Shown one piece after another: positions 38,793 through 48,622 of a DNA stretch of 49,863 nucleotides. This DNA comes from Bradyrhizobium sp. GTDB lineage: Bacteria > Pseudomonadota > Alphaproteobacteria > Rhizobiales > Xanthobacteraceae. Below the pieces are notes generated by a model. The model made no database searches, was not told where the DNA came from, and worked only from the letters and a program-made list of their open reading frames with translations. Each line of letters starts with the position of its first letter. Positions within the stretch are counted from its first letter, which is position 1. Made by a program: the position numbers and the translations under genes. The DNA lies in the NCBI RefSeq assembly GCF_016462955.1, contig NZ_JAEMSD010000005.1, forward strand, positions 1 through 49,863, read 5' to 3'.

Positions 38793-40043
38793 ATGAAGGC
38801 GATTATCATCGGTGGCGGTATCGGTGGTCTCACCACGGCATTGATGTTCCGTTCGCGCGGCCTGGATTGCGAGATCTTCGAGCAGGCCGATACCATTCGC
38901 GAGCTCGGCGTCGGCATCAACACGCTGCCGCATGCCATGCGCGAGCTGGCAGGGCTCGGCCTGTTGCAGAAGCTCGACGACGTCGCGATCCGCACCGACC
39001 AGCTCTACTATCTCAATCGCCACGGTCAGGAGGTCTGGCGCGAAGCCCGTGGCATCGACGCCGGCCACGACGTGCCGCAATTCTCGATCCATCGCGGCCG
39101 GCTTCAGGGCGTCATCCATCGCGCCGTCGAGGAGCGGCTGGGTCGCGAGGCGATCCACACCGGATGCCGGCTCGGTGCTTTCACACAGGACGAGGGCGGC
39201 GTCACCGCCTACTTCTTCGATCGCGCCGGCGCGCATGTCCACACCGCGCGCGGCGATATCCTGATCGGTGCTGACGGCATCCACTCACGCGTCCGTGAAA
39301 CGCTGTTCCCCGACGAGGGGCCGCCGTGCTGGAACGGCTTGATGTTGTGGCGCGGCGCCCGCGATTGGCCGCTGTTCCTCACCGGCAAGTCCATGATCGT
39401 GGCCGGCGGCCTCAATGCCAAGGTGGTGATCTATCCGATCGCGGAAGGATCGAGCCCGGCGAGCCGCCTCACCAATTGGGCGGTGCTGGTCAAAGTGGGG
39501 GAAGGCAATGCGCCCCCGCCACGGAAAGAAGACTGGTCGCGGCCAGGACGGCGCGATGAGCTGATGCCGCATGTCGCACGCTTCTCGGTGCCTTTTGTCG
39601 ACGTGAAGAGCCTGATATCGGCAACGCCCGAATTTTACGAGTATCCGACCTGTGACCGTGATCCCTTGCCCTATTGGTCATCAGGGAGAGTCACGCTGCT
39701 CGGCGATGCCGCGCACCCCATGTATCCGGTCGGCTCCAACGGCGCCTCGCAGGCGATCCTCGATGCGCGCTGCATTGCGGACGCGCTGATGCGGGCCGAA
39801 CATCCGCGTCAGGCGCTGCTCGAATACGAAAAGAAGCGTCTGCCGATGACGGCCGAGATCGTCCGCTCCAATCGGCGCGGCGGCCCTGAAGGTGTCATCG
39901 ACGCGGTCGAGCAGCTCGCGCCCGACGGTTTCGACAATGTCGACAACGTCCTCAGCTATTCCCAGCGCGAAGCCATCGTGCGCGGCTATGCCACCAAGGC
40001 CGGCTTCGCCGCAGTGCCGGGACTTGCGGCGGTGCGCGCTTGA
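38793..40043 (+). CDS. Flavin-dependent oxidoreductase (group A monooxygenase)
   Basis: GGGIGGL, GADGIHS, LLGDAAHPMYPVGSNGASQA. Confidence 0.88.
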   Translation: MKAIIIGGGIGGLTTALMFRSRGLDCEIFEQADTIRELGVGINTLPHAMRELAGLGLLQKLDDVAIRTDQLYYLNRHGQEVWREARGIDAGHDVPQFSIHRGRLQGVIHRAVEERLGREAIHTGCRLGAFTQDEGGVTAYFFDRAGAHVHTARGDILIGADGIHSRVRETLFPDEGPPCWNGLMLWRGARDWPLFLTGKSMIVAGGLNAKVVIYPIAEGSSPASRLTNWAVLVKVGEGNAPPPRKEDWSRPGRRDELMPHVARFSVPFVDVKSLISATPEFYEYPTCDRDPLPYWSSGRVTLLGDAAHPMYPVGSNGASQAILDARCIADALMRAEHPRQALLEYEKKRLPMTAEIVRSNRRGGPEGVIDAVEQLAPDGFDNVDNVLSYSQREAIVRGYATKAGFAAVPGLAAVRA

Positions 40044-40052
40044 GATCGGAAG

Positions 40053-40511
40053 CTAGCCGGCGCCGGGCGGTGGCGGCAGGAAGTGGATGTTGAACTCGGC
40101 GGCCAGCGCCACCACGTCCTCGGGCTTCTGCTCCTTCATGTTGTGAAGGCCCCAGAACAGGTCGAACAGCCTGCGGCTCGGCGAGACCCAGAACAGCACC
40201 TTTGCGGTCTGCTCCGATTTGTTGAAGATGCCGTGCGGCACGCCCATGCCGAGCCGGATCAGGTCGCCCGCGGTCGCTTGGGACTCCGAATTGCCGAGCA
40301 TGAAATCGAGCTTGCCCTCCAGCATGTAGAGATACTCGTCCTGGTCGGGATGAATGTGCGGCGGCACGAACGTGCCCGGCGGCAGCGTCGCGTGCCAGGA
40401 GAAGCTGTGCTCGGCGTAGCTCTTCGGCACGTAGGTCTGGCCGAGGATGTTCCAGGAGATTCCCTGGATGCCCTCATTGGCCCGGGTGATGCCGGTGATT
40501 TCACTCTTCAT
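40053..40511 (-). CDS. Cupin-domain protein
   Basis: PPHIHPDQDE...GD......GVPH. Confidence 0.88.
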   Translation of the reverse strand: MKSEITGITRANEGIQGISWNILGQTYVPKSYAEHSFSWHATLPPGTFVPPHIHPDQDEYLYMLEGKLDFMLGNSESQATAGDLIRLGMGVPHGIFNKSEQTAKVLFWVSPSRRLFDLFWGLHNMKEQKPEDVVALAAEFNIHFLPPPPGAG

Positions 40512-40540
40512 TTCAGTCCTCCCTTGACGCAGTACGCCGC

Positions 40541-41716
40541 CTAATTCTTCGCCTTGCAGTCCTTGGCATAGCGGTCGCCATAGTTCTCGAAGACCTTCTG
40601 CACGATCTCGGTCTGGAACTTGCCATCCGGACGCTTGGCCACCTTGGTCAGGTAGAAATCCTGGATCGGGTAGCCGTTGGTATTGAACTTGAAGGCACCG
40701 CGCAGCGAGGTGAAATCGGCCTTCCTCAAAGCGGCGGAGACAGCGTCCTTGTTGGAGAGGTCACCCTTGACGGCTTTGACGGCGCTGTCGATCAGCATCG
40801 CCGCATCATAGGCCTGAAAGGCGTAGGTGCCGGGCACGACGTTGTAGGCTGCCTCATAGGCGGCGACGAACTTCTTGTTCTGGGGATTGTCGAGATTGGG
40901 CGCCCAGTTCGCGCCGCCGAACATGCCGACCGCCGCGTCCTGCTGCGCCGGCAGGGTCGATTCATCCACCGTGAAGGCCGAGAGCACCGGAATCGTGTCG
41001 GCAAGGCCTGCCTGACGGTATTGCTTGACGAGATTGACGCCGAGACCGCCCGGCATGAACGTGAAGAGAGCGTCGGGCTTCTGCGAGGCGATCTTGGAAA
41101 GCTCCGGCTGGAAATCCAGCGTGTTCAACGGCATGTAGGTTTCCTCGACGATCTCGCCCTTGTAGTCGAGCTTGAAGCCCGCAACCGAATCCTTGCCGGC
41201 CTGATAGTTCGGCACCATCAGGTACATGCGCTTGTAGCCGCGATCCTGCGCGACCTTGCCGAGGATCTCGTGAACCTGATCGTTCTGGTACGAGGTCACA
41301 TAGAAGAACGGGTTGCAGTCCTTGCCGGCGAAGGTCGACGGACCCGCATTCGGGCTGATCAGGAAGGTCTTCGATTCCGTGATGGGGCGGTGGATCGCCT
41401 GCAGAATGTTCGAGAAGATCGGACCGATCACGAAATCGACCTTCTCACGCTCGAGAAGTCCCTTGACCTTGGTGACCGCCGCGTCCGGCTTCAGTTCGTC
41501 GTCGACCACGACGACCTCGACCTCGCGGCCGCCCATCTTGCTGCCGAGATCCTTCACCGCGAGCGCGAAGCCGTCGCGAACCTGTTGCCCCAACGCTGCG
41601 GCCGGTCCCGACAGGGTCACGATCACGCCCAGCTTGATTTTGTCCTGGGCGAGCGCAGGGGTCACCACGGTACCCAGCAGCATTGCGGCTGCAGCCAAGG
41701 TCATTTGCGTCTTCAT
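40541..41716 (-). CDS. ABC substrate-binding protein (branched-chain/aromatic acid type)
   Basis: Signal peptide; IKLGVIVTLSGP, DDELKPD, PNYQAGKD. Confidence 0.9.
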   Translation of the reverse strand: MKTQMTLAAAAMLLGTVVTPALAQDKIKLGVIVTLSGPAAALGQQVRDGFALAVKDLGSKMGGREVEVVVVDDELKPDAAVTKVKGLLEREKVDFVIGPIFSNILQAIHRPITESKTFLISPNAGPSTFAGKDCNPFFYVTSYQNDQVHEILGKVAQDRGYKRMYLMVPNYQAGKDSVAGFKLDYKGEIVEETYMPLNTLDFQPELSKIASQKPDALFTFMPGGLGVNLVKQYRQAGLADTIPVLSAFTVDESTLPAQQDAAVGMFGGANWAPNLDNPQNKKFVAAYEAAYNVVPGTYAFQAYDAAMLIDSAVKAVKGDLSNKDAVSAALRKADFTSLRGAFKFNTNGYPIQDFYLTKVAKRPDGKFQTEIVQKVFENYGDRYAKDCKAKN

Positions 41717-41859
41717 GATCTGTCCCTCGTGACGATTGGCTCGCGCTGCAAGCCACGTATTTCAGTTCGAGCTTATGCCGATGATGGCCGCCGCGGCAAG
41801 CCGAGCGCCAGGCGCAACATCCCGCAGGCAGCTCTGCATGCAAGCGGCGCGCCAATTAT

Positions 41860-41941
41860 TTGAAGCCTAAAGGAATGGGACATGCGGTCGATTGTTGCAG
41901 CTTTGGACTTGCAGCCGGCCCCGATTTATTTGAAGCTCAAA
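41860..41941. promoter_or_regulatory. Two candidate operator sites between the SBP and MarR genes
   Basis: TTGAAGCCTAAA (41860), TTGAAGCTCAAA (41930). Confidence 0.55.
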
Positions 41942-41994
41942 ACGTTGGGGGAATCCGCGCCGGCGCCAATGCCTGCCGTCCATGATTGCATCAG

Positions 41995-42486
41995 ATGCTC
42001 GATTCCGAGACCAAGGCCGTCGAAACCCCGGAGGATCACGCCGAAGAGCTTCGGCTGTGGCTGCGGCTCTTGACCTGCACGACACTCATCGAAGGCGAGG
42101 TTCGCGGCCGGCTGCGGCAGCGCTTCGACGTCACGCTGCCCCGTTTCGATCTGATGGCGCAGCTCGACAAGGCGCCCGACGGCATGACGCTGTCCGATGT
42201 CTCCAAGCGCATGATGGTGTCGAACGGCAATGTGACCGGGCTTGTCGAGCGCCTTGTAGACTCGGGTCATCTCGATCGGCGGACCTCGGAGACGGACCGT
42301 CGCGTCCAGGTGATCCGCCTCACCAAGCTCGGGCGCGCCGAGTTCCGCAGGATGGCTGCCGAACATGAGACCTGGATCGCCGATCTCTTCGCCGACCTCT
42401 CGCCGAAGGACGTGCGTGAGCTGATGCGCCTCTTGGCCAAGACCAAGGCCTCGGCGCAGAAATCGGCCGCGCGGCGCCGGCCGTAA
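41995..42486 (+). CDS. MarR-family transcriptional regulator
   Basis: LRLWLRLL, TLPRFDLMAQL, SNGNVTGLVERL, DRR. Confidence 0.92.
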   Translation: MLDSETKAVETPEDHAEELRLWLRLLTCTTLIEGEVRGRLRQRFDVTLPRFDLMAQLDKAPDGMTLSDVSKRMMVSNGNVTGLVERLVDSGHLDRRTSETDRRVQVIRLTKLGRAEFRRMAAEHETWIADLFADLSPKDVRELMRLLAKTKASAQKSAARRRP

Positions 42487-42562
42487 GCGCAAGACCGGCG
42501 CAATCCCTTTTGCCGCAGGAAAAAGCACGGGCTGCCCAAAATCCGCTATTGCGCTAAATTGC

Positions 42563-42574
42563 TTTAAGCCTAAA
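42563..42574. promoter_or_regulatory. Candidate operator upstream of the CoA ligase
   Basis: TTTAAGCCTAAA, exact reverse complement of the core at 36342. Confidence 0.6.
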
Positions 42575-42625
42575 ATGTTTCCATATCGTGCTGCCGGGTG
42601 CAATCCATGCTGAAAGGAGCGTGCG

Positions 42626-44317
42626 ATGGCCAACGCCGCCAAGATTGAAGTGACGGGCTCGGATGACGGCAACGCCGAGACGGCTCATGTCGACACATTC
42701 GCGCGGCAACATCTGCCGCCGCGCGAGCTTTGGCCCGAGTTCATGTTCACGCGACCCGAATTGCGATATCCGCCGCGACTGAACTGCGTCAGCTACTTCC
42801 TCGACCGCTGGGTGGAGCAGGGCCATGGCGACGCCGCTTGCGCCATCAGCCCCGCCGCCAGCTACACCTATCGCGAGCTGCAGGCGCTGGTGAACCGTAT
42901 CGCCAATGTGCTGGTCGGCAAGCTGGGCCTCGTCACCGGCGGGCGCGTGCTGCTGCGCTCGGCCAACAATCCGATGATGGTTGCGACCTATCTCGCGGTG
43001 ATCAAGGCTGGCGGAATTTGCGTGGCGACGATGCCGCTGCTGCGCGCCAAGGAGCTGTCCTATCCGATCCAGAAGGCCGAGATCTCGCTGGCGCTGTGCG
43101 ACGGAAAGCTTTCCGACGAGATGGAGAAGGCGAGAGCTGCGGCGCCCGGCCTCAGACGGGTGGTCTATTGGGGCAACGGCGCGGCAGACTCGCTCGAGGC
43201 GCTGATCGCGGATGCAAACCCCGACTTCGAGGCCGTCGATACCGCCGCCGAGGATATCTGCCTGATCGCATTCACGTCCGGCACGACCGGCGATCCCAAG
43301 GGGACCATGCATTTCCACCGCGACATGCTCGCGGTGTGCGATGGCTACGCGCGCAACATCCTGCGGGCGGAGCAGACCGATCGCTTCATCGGCTCGGCCC
43401 CGCTCGCTTTCACCTTCGGCTTTGGCGGCGTGCTGTTTCCGATGCATATCGGTGCTTCCTTCGTCGTGCTGGAGAAGACGACGCCGGACGACATTCTGAA
43501 TGCGATCGAGCAGTACAAGACCACGGTCTGCTTCACCGCTCCGACCGCATACCGCGCCATGATCGGCAAGCTTCCGGGCCGCGACATCTCCTCGCTTCGC
43601 AAATGCGTCTCCGCGGGCGAAACACTGCCCAAGCCGACATTCGATGCGTGGCTGAAGGCGACCGGCATCAAGCTGATGGATGGCATCGGTTCGACCGAGA
43701 TGCTGCACATCTTCATCAGTGCGACCGAGGACGAGATCCGCCCCGGCGCCACCGGCAAGCCGGTGCCGGGCTATGAGGCCAAGATTGTCGACGACGAGGG
43801 GCGCGACGTGCCTCCCGGAACGATGGGTCGTCTCGCCGTGCGCGGGCCGACCGGCTGCCGCTACCTCGCCGACGAGCGGCAGCGGAAATACGTCCAGAAC
43901 GGCTGGAACATCACCGGCGACACCTACCTGATGGATAGCGACGGCTACTTCTGGTATCAGTCACGCTCCGACGATATGATCGTGTCGGCCGGTTACAACA
44001 TCGCAGGGACAGACGTCGAGGCGGCGCTGCTCACGCATCCGGCGGTCGCCGAGTGCGGTGTAGTCGGCGCCCCCGACGAGGCGCGCGGCATGATCGTGAA
44101 GGCCTATGTCATCGCCGCGCCCGGCGTGACGGCGGACGCCCAGCTCGCGGCCGAGTTGCAGGAGCATGTCAAACGCGAGATCGCGCCGTACAAATATCCG
44201 CGCGCAATCGAGTTCGTGACGCAGTTGCCGAAGACCGAGACCGGGAAGCTGAAACGCTTTGCCCTGCGGCAGTTGGCGGAAGCCGCGGCGACGTCATCCG
44301 GCGTCGCGGCGGAATGA
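42626..44317 (+). CDS. abmG: 2-aminobenzoate-CoA ligase (benzoate-CoA ligase family)
   Basis: HVDTFARQHLPP, FTSGTTGDPKGTMHFHRD, DGIGSTEMLHIF. Confidence 0.85.
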   Translation: MANAAKIEVTGSDDGNAETAHVDTFARQHLPPRELWPEFMFTRPELRYPPRLNCVSYFLDRWVEQGHGDAACAISPAASYTYRELQALVNRIANVLVGKLGLVTGGRVLLRSANNPMMVATYLAVIKAGGICVATMPLLRAKELSYPIQKAEISLALCDGKLSDEMEKARAAAPGLRRVVYWGNGAADSLEALIADANPDFEAVDTAAEDICLIAFTSGTTGDPKGTMHFHRDMLAVCDGYARNILRAEQTDRFIGSAPLAFTFGFGGVLFPMHIGASFVVLEKTTPDDILNAIEQYKTTVCFTAPTAYRAMIGKLPGRDISSLRKCVSAGETLPKPTFDAWLKATGIKLMDGIGSTEMLHIFISATEDEIRPGATGKPVPGYEAKIVDDEGRDVPPGTMGRLAVRGPTGCRYLADERQRKYVQNGWNITGDTYLMDSDGYFWYQSRSDDMIVSAGYNIAGTDVEAALLTHPAVAECGVVGAPDEARGMIVKAYVIAAPGVTADAQLAAELQEHVKREIAPYKYPRAIEFVTQLPKTETGKLKRFALRQLAEAAATSSGVAAE

Positions 44318-44332
44318 GGGAAGGATAGAGAT

Positions 44333-44797
44333 TTGTCCGTGACCACGCCGAAAGGCCCGCAACTCGCGGTGCTGCCGACAGCAGCCGAGGACGGGATGCG
44401 TATCAAGGCGCAGACCCTCCAGCCGTCAGGATGGCCGGTGCCGAAGGGCTATGCCAACGGCATGGCTGCCGAGGGACGCATCGTCGTCACCGGCGGGGTG
44501 ATTGGCTGGGACGCTGAAGAGCGGCTTGCGGACGGCTTCGTCGCGCAGGTGCGTCAGACCCTTGAGAACATCGCCGCAATCCTGGCCGAGGCGGGCGCCC
44601 GGCCCGAGCACCTCGTGCGGCTGACCTGGTATGTCGTCGACATGGACGAGTATCTGGCCAATCTGAAAGAGCTGGGCAGGGTCTATCGTGACGTCTTCGG
44701 CGCGCACTATCCCGCCATGGCCCTGGTTCAGGTCGTCCGCCTTGTGGAGAAGGCGGCGCGCGTCGAGATCGAAGCCACCGCCGTCATTGCTCGCTGA
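44333..44797 (+). CDS. RidA/YjgF-family protein
   Basis: PKGYANG, YPAMALV, VEIEATA. Confidence 0.88.
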   Translation: MSVTTPKGPQLAVLPTAAEDGMRIKAQTLQPSGWPVPKGYANGMAAEGRIVVTGGVIGWDAEERLADGFVAQVRQTLENIAAILAEAGARPEHLVRLTWYVVDMDEYLANLKELGRVYRDVFGAHYPAMALVQVVRLVEKAARVEIEATAVIAR

Positions 44798-44837
44798 GTT
44801 CCGCCGCGAGCGGCTCGCCTTGGTCAGCTTGCGCTGA

Positions 44838-45566
44838 TTAGCTCGCTTTGGCGAGTTCATCGTCCTCAGGGGAGTTGAGATAGACGCCGGACATAGTGTC
44901 GACCCAGCAGAGATGGTCGTGCACCTTCTTGACGCCTTCGACGTTCTCCGCTGCGACGACCGCGGCCTGCCGTGCGCGGTCTTCGGTGATGACGCCGCTG
45001 AGATGGACGATCCCGTCGCACACGATGACGTTCAGCCCGAACGGGCACCAGTCGGTCTTCTCCATGGTATCGATGATGCGATTGCGAATGTGGTCGTCAT
45101 CGGCGGTCGGATCCGCCACGTCGCGGGCTAGCCCCGCCACCGCCTGCAACAGATTGGCGCGGGATACGATTCCGACGACCTTGTCGCCGCGCACCACCGG
45201 CAGCCGCTTCACGTTGTTTCGCTCCATGAGCTCGACGATCTCCGCGAGCGCGGTGTCCTCCGTGATGGTTACGGGCGAGTCGGTCATCACTTCCGAGACT
45301 TTGCGGCCGTGCTCGTGAACGAAGTCGCTGGCGGATTTGCCGGGACCGAGGATAAACCGCAGCCAGCGCCCGCGCTTGCGCCCGGTGCCGATCTCGCTGC
45401 GCCGGATGAAATCCCCTTCCGAAACGACGCCGATCAGCTTGCCGGTATCGTCGACCACGGTGAGCCCGCTGACGTGCCGCTTCAGCATGATATTGGCCGC
45501 TTCGACGATGCTGGTATCGGGGGTGACCGAGATGACCGACCGGGTCATGATCTGGTGGGCGCGCAT
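44838..45566 (-). CDS. CBS-pair plus BON-domain protein
   Basis: MRAHQIMT...GVVSEGD, VKRLPVV, C-terminal GIVHLSG...VEGVKKVHDHL. Confidence 0.9.
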   Translation of the reverse strand: MRAHQIMTRSVISVTPDTSIVEAANIMLKRHVSGLTVVDDTGKLIGVVSEGDFIRRSEIGTGRKRGRWLRFILGPGKSASDFVHEHGRKVSEVMTDSPVTITEDTALAEIVELMERNNVKRLPVVRGDKVVGIVSRANLLQAVAGLARDVADPTADDDHIRNRIIDTMEKTDWCPFGLNVIVCDGIVHLSGVITEDRARQAAVVAAENVEGVKKVHDHLCWVDTMSGVYLNSPEDDELAKAS

Positions 45567-45631
45567 GGACGACTCCGCTGGCTTTTTGGAATTTCGATGC
45601 TCGAAACCTAGCCCGGGTACCAAGGTGCGGT

Positions 45632-45706
45632 TTGACTCAGGTCAATCGGTGAACATGTTCGTTCCGATTGAGCGTTTGTGACGGCTGCGCATTTGATGCA
45701 GCTCAA
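45632..45706. promoter_or_regulatory. Two FixK2/FNR boxes in a divergent promoter
   Basis: TTGACTCAGGTCAA (45632-45645) and TTGATGCAGCTCAA (45693-45706), both TTGA-N6-TCAA. Confidence 0.8.
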
Positions 45707-45770
45707 GACGAATTGGGAGGCTCGCCATATCCTGTTGCCGACGTAGATCGAGCCCGCAGGAATATGAGTC

Positions 45771-47621
45771 ATGAGCGTCGTGCAAATTTTTCCGCGAGCC
45801 GAAGAGCCGGCGGTGCAGGTCCTCCCTGCAAGTTCCGCCGCAGGTCCCCAGGTGCTGGTGAGCACCGAAAAAGGTGCAGGTGCGCCTTCTGGCAGCGACC
45901 CTTCGCCGGCACCAGAGCCATATCCCCTCGACCGCGCCCTTCACGCGATGCTGGCGCGGTTCACGGGCGGGATTTCGCCGCTGGCTTTGTCGCTCGCCTG
46001 GCTCGATTGGAGTTCGCATCTCGCCGCTGCGCCGCAGCGCCAGGTGGAGATTTGCCGTAACGTCGTTCGCGACACCGGCCGGCTCGTTGAAGCTGCTGCG
46101 CACGCATTCTCGCCGGTGCAAAGGCCGTGGTCTGTGATTGCGCCGCAGCAGCGGGACCGCCGCTTCAGCGGACCGCAATGGGAAACCCCATCCTTCAATC
46201 TGCTCGCGCAGGCATTTCTGCTCGTCGAGCACTGGTGGCGCGATGCTGCGACAGGAGTGCGCGGCGCGTCCCCCGCAAACGAGGCGATCGTCGAATTCTC
46301 GATGCGCCAGGTATTGGACATGCTGGCGCCGTCGAATTTTGCGGTGACCAACCCGAAGGTGCTGGAGAAGGCATTCCAGAGCGGCGGGGAGAATTTCGTT
46401 TTCGGCTGGCAGAACTGGTGCAGCGATCTTTTGCGCCTGCTCTCCAACTCGAAGCTGACGGACGACGGGCAGTTCGTGGTCGGCAAGACGGTGGCCATTT
46501 CACCCGGCAAGGTCGTCTATCGCAATGAGCTGATCGAGCTGATCCAGTATCATCCGACCACCGCGCAGGTGCGGCCCGAGCCGATCCTGATCGTGCCGGC
46601 CTGGATCATGAAGTATTACATCCTCGATCTGTCCCCGCATAACTCGCTGGTCAAATATTTGACCGGCCAAGGCTTCACCGTGTTCGCGATTTCCTGGCGC
46701 AACCCGGATGCGAGGGATCGGGACCTCGCCTTCGACGACTACCGCAAGCTCGGCGTCATGGCGGCGCTGGATTTGATCGGCCTGGTCATGCCGGGCCGCA
46801 AGACCCATGCGCTCGGCTATTGTCTCGGCGGCACATTGCTGTCGATCGCCGCCGCCGCGATGGAGCGCGACGGCGACAACCGTCTCGGCACTGTCACGCT
46901 GCTGGCGGCCCAGACCGACTTCACCGAAGCCGGAGAGCTGACGCTCTTCATCAACGAGAGCCAGGTGAGCTTTCTCGAAGACATGATGTGGCAGCGCGGC
47001 TATCTCGATACGACGCAGATGGCCGGCGCCTTCCAGCTGCTGCGCTCCAACGAACTGATCTGGTCTCGGCTGTCGCATGACTATCTGATGGGCGAGAGCG
47101 CGCCGCCGAGCGACCTGATGGCCTGGAACGCCGACGCCACGCGGCTGCCCTATCGGATGCACTCGGAATATCTGCGAAAGCTGTTTCTCGACGACGATCT
47201 GGCCGAAGGCCGCTATCGCGTCGATGGCAAGAGCGTCTCACTTTCCGACATTCACACGCCGATGTTCGTGGTCGGCACGCTCGCCGATCATGTTGCGCCA
47301 TGGCGATCCGTCTACAAGATCCACTATCAGGTCGATGCCGATGTGACGTTCCTGTTGACCAGCGGCGGCCACAATGCCGGCGTGGTCGCGCCTCCAGGGG
47401 AGCCCGGGCACTTCTATCAGGTGCTGACCAAGACCGCCGATGCGCCCTATGTCGGTGCGGACGATTGGCTCAAGCTGGCGCCGCGCGTTGAAGGCTCCTG
47501 GTGGCCGGAATGGACCAATTGGCTGGCGGCGCGCTCGGGCACCCCGTGTGAACCGCCGCCGATCGGAATTGGAAACACCCTTGGCCTGCCGGATGCGCCG
47601 GGTGACTACGTCCACACCTAG
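45771..47621 (+). CDS. phaC: Poly(3-hydroxyalkanoate) synthase
   Basis: PGKVVYRNELIELIQY, MKYYILDL, lipase box GYCLGG, DHVAPW, SGGHNAG, GSWWPEW. Confidence 0.92.
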   Translation: MSVVQIFPRAEEPAVQVLPASSAAGPQVLVSTEKGAGAPSGSDPSPAPEPYPLDRALHAMLARFTGGISPLALSLAWLDWSSHLAAAPQRQVEICRNVVRDTGRLVEAAAHAFSPVQRPWSVIAPQQRDRRFSGPQWETPSFNLLAQAFLLVEHWWRDAATGVRGASPANEAIVEFSMRQVLDMLAPSNFAVTNPKVLEKAFQSGGENFVFGWQNWCSDLLRLLSNSKLTDDGQFVVGKTVAISPGKVVYRNELIELIQYHPTTAQVRPEPILIVPAWIMKYYILDLSPHNSLVKYLTGQGFTVFAISWRNPDARDRDLAFDDYRKLGVMAALDLIGLVMPGRKTHALGYCLGGTLLSIAAAAMERDGDNRLGTVTLLAAQTDFTEAGELTLFINESQVSFLEDMMWQRGYLDTTQMAGAFQLLRSNELIWSRLSHDYLMGESAPPSDLMAWNADATRLPYRMHSEYLRKLFLDDDLAEGRYRVDGKSVSLSDIHTPMFVVGTLADHVAPWRSVYKIHYQVDADVTFLLTSGGHNAGVVAPPGEPGHFYQVLTKTADAPYVGADDWLKLAPRVEGSWWPEWTNWLAARSGTPCEPPPIGIGNTLGLPDAPGDYVHT

Positions 47622-48622
47622 ACCTCCGGCTCGGACCGCGGCGCGAGGTCTGACGAGCGGAAAGGCTTGGCCTTGTCCAGCTTCTGGTAGGCCCTTGCAG
47701 CGGTCCGCAACAGCTTCTTCTCCCGCTTGCGGTCGAGGAAGCGGCGGCCGGCATCGAGGCCGGCGCCGTCCAACGACGCTGCCAGCGCCTGTCCTCGTGC
47801 ATCGTCGTTCAATTGCCCGAGGGATCGCTGCGCCTTGCGCAAGTGTTTGAGGACGGACTTCTGCTTCGCCGCCGCCCCATCGGCGAACAGGTCCGAAAGT
47901 GACTCGATCGAATAGGTCATCCGCTTGTTGAGAAGCCGCAGCTTGTGGCGTTTCTCGACACCGAGCTTCTTCAACTTGCGGGCCTTCTTGAGCAGCGTCG
48001 TCTCCCACTCGGCCAGCCGCTCCGTTGCGTGGTCGGCAAGCGTGCGACGGCGCAATCGGATGGTTTCCTTGCTGCGCCGGGTCGACCAGGGGCCGCTTTC
48101 GATCCATGTCGAGGTCTGTTCGACCAGACGGCGGTATCGTGCAGATCGCAGCGCACGCGCCAGCAGCCGGTGGCTCTCGGCCCGTTTCTCGTTCCAGTGC
48201 TGGAGCTCGGCGACCACGGCGAGTTCCTCGCCACTCTCGGCGACGACCCGCTCGATGGCGACGTCGAGATCGCGCACCATGCCGAGCTGACCGTTCAACC
48301 ATTTCAGTTCGGCCCAGACATTCGGCCGCTCTGTATCGTCGACCATCGGCGAGAAGAAGCGGATGGAAGTCCGTAGATGCGTCAGTGCGATTCGGATCTG
48401 ATGCAGGGCATCAGGATCGCCGCGGCAGGTGCCGTCGTGCTGAGCGATCACGGCGTCCAGGTGCCGGCGCGCGATGATCCGGAACGCCGTGTCGCAAGCC
48501 ATGCCGGGGCTGAGGCGGGCGGGCAGCGTGTTGCGCCGCGCCGCCGGCTTGGCAGGCGCCGCCCGCTTGACACGCGTGGTCGGCATCGAGCTCGTGCCGG
48601 GTCGCGACTTCCTTGCCCGCAT
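47618..48622 (-). CDS. CHAD-domain protein
   Basis: LHQIRIA, LGMVRDLDV, RHKLRL..KRMTY, LGQLND; TGATG overlap with upstream gene. Confidence 0.85.
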   Translation of the reverse strand: MRARKSRPGTSSMPTTRVKRAAPAKPAARRNTLPARLSPGMACDTAFRIIARRHLDAVIAQHDGTCRGDPDALHQIRIALTHLRTSIRFFSPMVDDTERPNVWAELKWLNGQLGMVRDLDVAIERVVAESGEELAVVAELQHWNEKRAESHRLLARALRSARYRRLVEQTSTWIESGPWSTRRSKETIRLRRRTLADHATERLAEWETTLLKKARKLKKLGVEKRHKLRLLNKRMTYSIESLSDLFADGAAAKQKSVLKHLRKAQRSLGQLNDDARGQALAASLDGAGLDAGRRFLDRKREKKLLRTAARAYQKLDKAKPFRSSDLAPRSEPEV

